A stretch of DNA of 64,000 nt, from positions 55,676,001-55,740,000 of the forward strand of contig OX597824.1 of assembly GCA_951406725.2 (NCBI GenBank), written 5' to 3'. The notes beneath the pieces are model-generated. The model was not told the origin of the DNA and searched no databases. It was given only the letters and a program-made list of their open reading frames with translations. The DNA comes from Octopus vulgaris. Taxonomy: Eukaryota. Below are positions 55,326 through 64,000 of this stretch, piece by piece. A program made the position numbers and the translations under genes. Position 1 is the stretch's first letter. The number at the start of each line of letters is the position of its first letter.

Positions 55326-55640
55326 CACCGCTAGAAAAAAATCCCATTTTCCGTAGCCGTGTCGTATGAAATTGTCACCCATAATTATAACCCTAGTATC
55401 GATCTATTGCATTTCAATCTATTTTAGGGTTAGGGTTAGAGTTATGGTTATGGTTAGGGTTAGGGTTAGGGGTGGGGGAAGGGTATCTTTTTTTCTTCGC
55501 AAATGTAAATAAACCCAATCTGTTTCTTAAAGAGGGACATATTCATACAACACGGAATGTTTTCACCCCAAATGGAGGTCAGCAATTGGTTAAAATTGCT
55601 GAAATGCTCGAAATTTCAGACAAAATATGTTACAAACATT
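55325..55640. repeat. Dispersed element carrying degenerate (TTAGGG)n
   Basis: ttagggttagggttagagttatggttatggttagggttagggttaggg at ~55424-55471. Confidence 0.6.
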
Positions 55641-56195
55641 ACGTATAATGTTGTCTAATTTCTTTCTAGTCCCACTGTATACTAGAACCCTATCTTTCTG
55701 ATCATATCCAGTGCATGAAGTTCTGTATATGTTTTTTCATTTCATAGGGTTCGCATAGTGGGGACACATTGTTCATTATTCTAATTAAGTCTGCTATCAG
55801 TATGTTAATTTTCATGCTGTGTGACAAAGCTGAGTTCTTGTGAACAACATATTTTGAAGTTAATAGTTTCATGTAATAGGAGTGGAGGAGCTGCACTCTA
55901 TTGTTCACAGTCTCTAACCAAAGTTCAGTATCAAGTACAGGGAGTCTATTTTTGGGGTTCTTAGTAGGGTAAACTATAGTTACCTTGATATTTTGGTGGA
56001 TGGAATTAGCTTTTTGCTGGATGCTCTCCATTACGTTCTTCTCAGTTTCTACATTACCGTCACTAGAGTTGGTCCTAACTATGATATTAATGTCATCTAC
56101 ATATCTACTGTAGAGTAGAAGAGTTGTGGACTGTTCTGCTAACATTTGTTTAAGTTTTCTGTCCCACCAGGTCATGAAGAAGCCAGCCACATCTC
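55640..56195 (-). mobile_element. Divergent PLE RT fragment (possibly Naiad-like)
   Basis: WWDRK..LYSRYVDDINIIV..RLPVLDTELW..HSYYMK..VHKNSAL; the ORF N-terminus is repeat read-through. Confidence 0.7.
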
Positions 56196-56869
56196 CAGCA
56201 CATGAATATGCAGAATACATACATACATATGCACTCACATACATATGCACACACATACATACATATATACATATGCATACACACACATGTATACATACAC
56301 ACACATGCATACATACATACATACACACATAAATACATATGTACATACATGCATAGCACACACACACACTGACCCACACACATGCGCACAAACAAAAAAG
56401 AACGCAGTGTAAATAACGGACAGAGTCAAGACTATTGAAAAGGTTGCAAGACACAATGAAATTTTTAGGAAAATAAAAATAAGAAATAAGTGGAAATTTT
56501 ACCGGTGAATGTGTTAAATTATAAGGCACAAAAAGAAAATGACTCTCCTCAGAGACAACAGAATATATATACATACGTTTCTGTAATAGATATTTATTGT
56601 ATAAATATCTATTATGGAAACATGTGTACTAGATAGTTATTTATTCTAAATGTCATATTACTCTATGGGTTTTTTTATGATATGCACTGATTAACAAGTA
56701 AAACAGGTTGCTAGTATAGTATGTGGTCTACCATGTTGGCAAACAGTATAGCCAGGGTTATCTACCTTAAATGTTTAGTTAATAAAGGTGTCCAATTTTT
56801 CTATCATACTAACATTAACAAATTAAACTGCGAGTTGAGCCTGAGTGGGATTTTAGAACTCATATTTTT

Positions 56870-57855
56870 CTTTGTCATGGATATATACCCATGACCACAG
56901 CAGTGACTCTAACAGGAAAATCTAAAAATACAATAACTGATTGGTACAATATGTGCCGCAAGGTGTGTGGAGCCATAGTTTATCATGAACAAGGGAAGAT
57001 GCTTGGAACCAACGATAACCCCATTCAGATTGATGAAGCAAGATTTGCTGGTCGCCGAAAATACAATTGAGGAAGAATGCTGAATGGTGACAACACTTCT
57101 CTCTTTGAAGACAGTGACAACACTTCTCTCTTTGAAGACAGTGAAGACAGTGATGTCCGTTGGACATAGAACCATGGACGTAGAATTGATCGGCTCTCTT
57201 TACTCTCTTTCTTTACTCTCTTTTACTTGTTTCAGTCATTTGACTGCGGCCATGCTGGAGCACCGCCTTTAGTCGACCAAATCGACCCCGGGACTTATTC
57301 TTTGTAAGCCCAGTACTTATTCTATCGGTCTCTTTTGCCGAACCGCTAAGTAACGGGGACGTAAACACACCAGCATCGGTTGTCAAGCAATGCTAAGAGG
57401 ACAAACACAGACACACAAACATATACACACACACTTATATATATATATACATATATACGACAGGCTTCTTTCAGTTTCCGTCTACCAAATCCACTCACAA
57501 GGCATTGGTCGGCCCGGGGCTATAGCAGAAGACACTTGCCCAAGATGCCACGCAGTGGGACTGAACCCGGAACCATGTGGTTGGTTAGCAAGCTACTTAC
57601 CACACAGCCACTCCTGCGCCTGTGGATTTTTGGTCTCAAACAGGGCTCAGACTGTCAATACTTACAGTCTGATCCTAATTATTGAAAGAGAATGTGAAAA
57701 AGGTTCACTAATTCATAATTTAAATGCCATAGGTTATCGCCATCTGACAATGAGACATCAATGACATTAAGTGGATGCAGTGACCAGAGCATACATTCAG
57801 ACCATTGAGTGATCATGGTTAGATGCTAAAACTATGTTTGTGAAAAAAAATGATC
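56870..57855 (+). mobile_element. Merlin/ISXO2 (IS1595-like) transposase remnant, interrupted by a SINE
   Basis: PIQIDEARFAGRRKYN*GR, NHGRRID|WIFGL, IIERECEKGSLIH, AYIQTIE*SW. Confidence 0.75.
57194..57620 (-). mobile_element. Full-length tRNA-derived SINE
   Basis: Reverse complement of 57862-58278; (ctcttta)-type tail. Confidence 0.9.
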
Positions 57856-57861
57856 TTAATA

Positions 57862-58278
57862 GGCGCAGGAGTGGCTGTGTGGTAAGTAGCTCGTTTACCA
57901 ACCACATGGTTCCGGGTTCAGTCCCACTGCGTGGCACCTTGGGTAAGTGTCTTCTACTATAGCCTCGGGCCGACCAAAGCCTTGTGAGTGGATTTGGTAG
58001 ACGGAAACTGAAAGAAGCTTGTCGTATATATGTATATATATATATGTGTGTGTCTGTGTTTATGTGTCTGTGTTTGTCCCCCTAGCATTGCTTGACAACC
58101 GATGCTGGTGTGTTTATGTCCCCATTACTTAGCGGTTCGGCAAAAGAGACCGATAAAATAAGTACTGGGCTTACAAAAGAATAAGTCCTGGGGTCGATTT
58201 GCTCGATTAAAGGCGGTGCTCCAGCATGGCCGCAGTCAATTGACTGAAACAAGTAAAAGAGTAAAAAAGAGTAAAGAG
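57862..58278 (+). mobile_element. Full-length tRNA-derived SINE
   Basis: ggcgcaggagtggctgtgtggt (A box), ggttcagtccc (B box), internal (TA/TG)n, (gagtaaa)n tail. Confidence 0.9.
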
Positions 58279-59299
58279 TTAATAAAACTTTCACACACCC
58301 TACCCCAACAAACCAAACAACATCCTCCACCTTCCAAAACTGTTTCTCTTCTCTTCCTCACATTTCCTCTTCATAGACTATGATTATCTCCCACTCCCTA
58401 ATCCAGTCCCTGCTACCCTGCTCACTGTATCGTTGCTTCCCTCCGTTCCTCTCTCCCTCTACATACCCAAATTCTCACCAGTCACACCATTCCTCCACCC
58501 CCACCCTGACTCACAACTCCTTTGTCATACCCTACCAGCATCTACCACCATTCATCTCTCTCTTCCTTACTCTACCATCCCATCTATGCCCTGATTCATG
58601 TACCTTGCAAGTATACCCTGGCACTTGTCACCATCCCTCTCCTGCTCTTGCTGTCTCTTACTCTCTCTCTCTCTCTCTTTCCCTTGCCCTCCTCTCTAAC
58701 TGAGATATAAATGTATCTCCTCTACAGCAACAAACCTGTTTCTGCTCTCATTCTTGATCACTCTCTCTCCCTCCTTCCCTTGCTCTTACCTTTGGCTAGG
58801 TAACCAACTATCTTCTTTACAACAGCACACCACTTTCTTCTTAACTCCCACTCTCTCTCTTTAGGTAACTATTTCTGCCCTCATTCTTGTTAACTCTCAC
58901 TCTCTTTTTCACTTTCTCTTTTTCTTCTTCTCTCTTTCCCTCTCTCTAGTTGGGTAACCATGGACTCCTCTACAAGACATCTGCCTCTCTGTCACACTCT
59001 AATCCTTCATCATCTGACACACGATCACCTCCTCCAATGCCCCCTCCCCTCTCAAAGACTCCTTGCCTTGCAAAGTCACTTGGTGAACCCACCAGTGCAG
59101 GTGCCACTTAAAAAGCACCCAGTCCACACTGCAAAGGGGTGCATCCAGCTGTAAAATCCATGCCAGCACCTTTTGATTTCACTGTGAACTCTGCTTGAAC
59201 TAACACACAAACTTCACTCCAACCACTACTATTTATTATAGCTCAGTCCAGTCTATTTCTCGAAAGGGGGCATCATGACTCTCATCACAACACAATCAA

Positions 59300-60700
59300 A
59301 TGTAAATATGAGGATGATTGAGGAAATGGTACACCTTCCTGTTGTCAAAGAAATGTTTGTTGAGCTAACACAAGATGATGTTGCAGAAGCTGTAAAGAAG
59401 ATCAATAATAATAAAGCTCCAGGTATTGATGTTAGGTCAGAAATTTTGAAGTGGGGAAAAGATGACTGAACTACATCATTCCTTACTTCTATACTACTGG
59501 AAGAAAGAGGAAGTGCCTCAAGACTGGATTGATGCTATTCTCATTTCTCTTTATAAATCTGGTCCCAAGAATTTATGTGAAAAATTCCATGAAATATCAT
59601 TATTATCAGATGTGAAGGAACTTTCTTGTTACCTCTTAGAAAACCTTGATAAATGTTATCTCCCACTCCCTAATCCAGTCCCTGCTACCTTGCTGTACTG
59701 GAGTCACAATGTGGCTTCCTCATTTCTTGAGGGACAGTTGATGCAATGAACATGCATGGGCTTGTACCATTGTTTTGTGGATCTTAGCAAAGCTTTTGAC
59801 ATGGTTAATAGGAATGTGCTGTGGCTGGTGCTGAAGAAATTTGGCTGTCCTGAAAAGTTTGTGAGTATAACCAGGGCTTTCCATGAGGATATGAGTGCCA
59901 GGGTTAACCCTGTTGGAACCTTTTCTGGTTGAAAATGGAGTTAAGCAAGGTAATATTAAAGCACCAACACTCTTCTTCATATATTTTGCAGTTATGCTTT
60001 CAAATGCATTTACAACTTCAACAGATGACTTCTACATACAATACTGTTCTTTGAGTAATGTGTTTAATCTGACAAGAATGAACTTCAAATTCAAGGCCTT
60101 TAACTCTGTGGTACATGATCTTTTATATGCAAATGAGAGATCTAGTAAGTTACATTGAGCAAGGCTTTCAGAACTTAATTAGTACTTTTGATTCTTTATG
60201 TGACATATTTGGTCATACAATTAATTAAAAGTAACTGTTGTAATGCATCAATCTGCTTGTGGAGAACAATCCAACACACCTGAGATATTGGTTAAGGGTA
60301 CACTGCTTAAAGTAGTGACTTATTTTAAATATCTGGGTAGCATGATACATGTTGAAAGCAATCTAGGTGTGGAAATCACTTCTTGGATTCAAAAACCTTT
60401 GGCAGCTTAGAATCTAAAGCCTGGTCACAGCATCATATCATAGCTGACACTAAGATCATGGGATATGTCTCATTTGTTCTTTCTACACTGTTGTGTTCTG
60501 AAATTTGGACAAGATATGCATGTCATGTAAAAATCTTGGAAAGATTTCACCAGTAATGCTGCTACCAAATACTCAGAATAAGTTGGCCCTCACTCATTCC
60601 TAACACTGAGGTTCCTGCCAAAACTAGGATTACATCAATCCAAACCATGCTTATTATGCATTAGATATGATGGACAGGCCATCTCATCCATATGGTATTT
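59300..60700 (+). mobile_element. Decayed RTE (BovB-like) RT fragment
   Basis: NNNKAPGID, VPQDWIDAILISLYK, FVDLAKAFDMVNR, GVKQG, FKYLGS, RWTGH. Confidence 0.8.
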
Positions 60701-61650
60701 TGCCTAAGCCTTCAGTTAAAAATATGAAGCCTAAAAATAGACCTAGGAAAATATTAAGGTTCACCTCCTCACCTTTCTCCATAAATGTTTAAACTAACAT
60801 AGGCAAGAAATTCCTAGCATTATTAAACAAATATTTCTCTGTAAACCACAAATACAAGAAGATATTTAAAAGATGCTCAATAAAAATTTTATATAGTTGC
60901 TGCCCTAATATGAAGGACTTCATCACTCATAAGTCACACCAAGAGCCAACTCCCAGTTGTAACTGTTGAGACTCTGAAGCTTGCTCACCTGATCTGGCAT
61001 GTTTGATAAACTCAGTTGATTATAAAACCAAAGTTACAGCAGTGCTGTAATTGAGAAGAAAAATTGCATCAGTTTATGCAAAGGTAATTTTAAAAGCTGT
61101 TATGCAAACCACAAGTCTTCTTTCTGACACATTGATAAAAAAAAAAGTCACTAAGTTGGTTAACAATGTATTGGATCTGAAGGCCAACTGCACACCACAG
61201 TAGAGAATCGTGGAGAAATCTATGCCATACAGAGATGGGTCAAAGAGATGCAAGTTATGTGTAGCTGAAAGATTGCATGTTCTTTTTAGATCCAACAATT
61301 CTACCTATTTCTTTACCCACAAGGGGCTAAACACAGAGAGGACAAACAAGGACAGAGAAACAGATTAAGTCAATTATATCAACCCCAGTGCGTAACTGGT
61401 ATTTATATAATCGACCCCGAAAGGGTGAGAGGCAAAGTCGACCTCGGCGGAATTTGAACTCAGAACGTAACAGCAGACGAAATACGGCTTTGCATTTCCC
61501 CTGTCGGGCTAACGTTTCTGCCAGCTCACCGCCTTTCCAACAATTCTACTGCACTACTTAATTCCAGATCTGAGAGTTTTAGCAAAAGCAAGCACATGGA
61601 CAAGTTTCATTTGTCAAACAAGAGGACGCCACCCTCTCTGAATTGAATTG
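60700..61650 (+). mobile_element. Decayed PLE C-terminal / GIY-YIG region
   Basis: PFSINV*TNIGKKF..NHKYKKIF..YSCCPNMK, CNC, GSKRCKLCVAE. Confidence 0.7.
61305..61535 (-). mobile_element. Second SINE family with a 14-bp target-site duplication
   Basis: Head aaggcggtgagctggcagaa, gagttcaaattcc B box; TSD tccaacaattctac at 61291-61304 and 61536-61549. Confidence 0.88.
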
Positions 61651-62014
61651 CTATCTCACAGACGTTGGCCTCTTCTCTATTATATTATTGTAAACCAGCT
61701 GGATTAATTATGATTCCAATAGATTAAGATAAAAATTTTGGTTTTCTTATTTTTCTTTTCTTTCTTCTCTTTCCACATTTTGTATCAATCATCTTTATAT
61801 GTATCTTCCTGTTTTCTCATAGACTAGCACCCTGGTCTTCACATGGGTCCAATAATATGCACTGAAACCTGAAAGTTTGCTTGTAGACATGTGGTATATT
61901 ATATATAAACATGCACATAATCACACACACACAAACACACGCATAGATATATACATACATAGATATATACACACATACATATGTACATGCATACATACAA
62001 ACATATATATATAT

Positions 62015-62414
62015 ACTCTCTTTACTTGTTTCAGTCATTTGACTGTGGCCATGCTGGAGCACCGCCTTTAATTGAGCAACTCGACCCCGGGACTTATTCT
62101 TTTTGTAAGCCCAGTACTTATTCTATCGGTCTCTTTTTGCCGAACCGCTAAGTAACGAGGACATAAACATACCAGCATCGGTTGTCAAGCAATGCTAGGG
62201 TGACAAACACAGATGCATAAACACACACACACGTATATATATATATATATATATATACGACGGGCTTCTTTCAGTTTCCGTCTACCAAATCCACTCACAA
62301 GGCTTTGGTCGGCCCGAGGCTATAGCAGAAGACACTTGCCCAAGGTGCCACGCAGTGGGACTGAACCCAGAACCATGTGGTTGGTTAGCAAGCTACTTAC
62401 CACACACAGCCACT
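62015..62414 (-). mobile_element. tRNA-derived SINE
   Basis: Near-identical to 57215-57612. Confidence 0.9.
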
Positions 62415-62612
62415 CTATATATATATATATATATATATAGATAAGAAAGTTGGTTTGTGAAAGCACATGGGTGAATATATAGAAAAAAGCAAAGAGTGAA
62501 AAAACTACAGAAGGCTTAAATGTTAAAAAATATATATATTTGCGTCAATATGTCTGAAGAATATTAGAAAATTTTTTTAAAAATTTTTTTCTCTTATAAT
62601 GACATAATTTAA

Positions 62613-62651
62613 AAGAAAGACCGGTTTCGCGTGTAGCTTTTCAAATTTCTT
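62613..62651 (-). ncRNA. Minimal hammerhead with a U3-A8 core
   Basis: Reverse complement reads aagaaa-t-TTGAAAA-gc-tacac-gc-GAAAC-CG-GTC-tttctt. Confidence 0.6.
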
Positions 62652-62906
62652 GCGACGTTATGTTTATGTTGAATAGAGTTTTCATTATGTTTATGTTCAA
62701 GAGAGTTCTAAATAAGGGAAGGTAGTGAGTGATTTCTTCCGCTGTAAGGGAGATAATCGCTTAAAAATTTTTTCCTTTCCCTTGGTGTGAATTTCTCTGT
62801 ATCAGTATGTTCGGATAGTTGAGTCTGGGCTTGTACTTTTCAATGAAGAATGTTTCCTTGTTTAGTCTAATTTGTGTTGATGATCCGAAAGCACATTGGT
62901 AAAATG

Positions 62907-63305
62907 GATTCATATTTACATCTTTATCTGTATATTTACCTTCCCTAAGATGTTATTAATTGATTTGAAAACTTTATATTATTGGAAAACCTATATAAAA
63001 TTAGCTGAAGATTACTCAGCATCTTAAATCTGCTGTAATATTTACAGGTTTTAATAAAATGTAGTATGAAACAATTGTACTAAATTACCAGATTCATTCT
63101 TGTTGCTTATTTTTTGTATATATATAATTTAGTACAATTGTTTCATACTACATTTTATTAAAACCTGTAAATATTACAGCAGATTTAAGATGCTGAGTAA
63201 TTTTCAGCTAATTTTATATAGGTTTTCCAATAATATAAAGTTTTCAAATCAATTAATAACATCTTAGGGAAGGTAAATATACAGATAAAGATGTAAATAT
63301 GAATC
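62907..63305. repeat. Near-perfect inverted repeat (~180-bp arms, ~37-bp spacer) with convergent hammerheads
   Basis: 62907-63087 inverts 63125-63305. Confidence 0.9.
63001..63083 (+). ncRNA. Type-I hammerhead ribozyme with a branched stem II
   Basis: ttag-CTGAAGA-t-tact-[cagca/tgctg hairpin...]-agta-t-GAAAC-AATT-GTA-ctaa; minus copy 63129-63211 reads CTGAAAA. Confidence 0.8.
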
Positions 63306-63750
63306 TTAGGAATATGTGGTCATGTAGTTCAGATGCCAACTGACCAAAATCTTGTTTACAACAGACTGCTATAAAAAAATTTCTTTAGTTATATGGATTG
63401 GGGTAAGGTTAAGAATTCAAGTTAGTTGAAGAAAAGAGGAGGAAAATTCAGGAAATGTAAAAGAAGAACAGGTTGTCACTAGAACAAAGGGTCAATCTAT
63501 CTGTGGAGACAAAAAAATTTAGGTCAGTGTAGAAAGATCATTAAATACTTAGGAACATATAAGGTAGTAGGTCAGCTACTAACTGACCAAAAACCCTACT
63601 TGCCACTGAGAGCCATCAGAATTTTTTAGTAGGGATTTAGGTAAGGGGATGTGATAGAATACTGTAAAAGGGATTTAAGTTAGTTACAGAAAAAAGGAAG
63701 AATTTAGAATACATAAAGGGAATTCAGATTGTCACTAGAACAAAAAGCCA
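63306..63750 (+). repeat. Diverged ~245-bp tandem duplication
   Basis: ttaggaa..aactgaccaaaa..aagttagtt..ttgtcactagaacaaa occurs at 63306 and 63549. Confidence 0.65.
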
Positions 63751-63778
63751 CTTCATTTGAATCTAAATTGTTGGTGAA

Positions 63779-63821
<43 letters not shown>

Positions 63822-63822
<1 letters not shown>

Positions 63823-64000
63823 GTTTTTTCCCCCATACCTTTGTGAGTTGATTTGAGCAAACACTATCTGAGAGAGATCTTCTTTAAGTATTAGAAATAG
63901 CTAAAGAAATTTCTTTAGCTGCTATTTCTAATGAGTTCAGTATGTGGCAAAGTAATTTATTTTACTAAGCCCTTATATATATTGTAATATTTTGAATTCG
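63822..64000 (+). mobile_element. Another copy of the 564-bp retrozyme-like family (runs off the window)
   Basis: ccccatac..gtgagttga..gagcaaacactat..ctatttctaatgagttcagtatgtggcaaag matches 28595-28770. Confidence 0.85.

Noticed and set aside
55690-55710. TGA ending the PLE RT ORF as a possible selenocysteine codon
   Set aside because: Protein-like sequence continues in another frame (GYDQKDRVLVY) and read-through hits TAG three codons later, so a frameshift is more likely
57862-57935. tRNA gene
   Set aside because: tRNA-like head of a multi-copy SINE

Overview
AT-rich, microsatellite-dense eukaryotic DNA made almost entirely of nested transposable elements. I can support no host protein-coding gene. 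The SINE, LINE and microsatellite content suggests a cephalopod (Octopus-like) genome, which is an inference. The window holds a Helitron with a PIF1 helicase ORF and a head-to-tail second copy, a Gypsy remnant, several Penelope-like elements (PLEs), a DD37D maT and a mariner. It also holds a Merlin/ISXO2 remnant, a piggyBac-like MITE, a near full-length RTE LINE plus fragments, three stacked R4/Dong-like elements in (TTA)n, and many tRNA-derived SINEs. The most striking feature is about 15 minimal type-I hammerhead-ribozyme (HHR) motifs from many unrelated short non-coding families, mostly flanked by (TA)n and folded into inverted repeats. The best case is 28045-29420: a spacerless ~350-bp-arm palindrome fused to a 564-bp tandem repeat, with one HHR per unit (retrozyme-like, predicting a 564-nt RNA). 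A second HHR palindrome lies at 62907-63305. Several families carry a U3-A8 compensatory catalytic core. A degenerate 30-bp minisatellite with a decapeptide-like reading (VDPNGLDNTI) lies at ~34825-35900. All calls were made by eye and boundaries are approximate.
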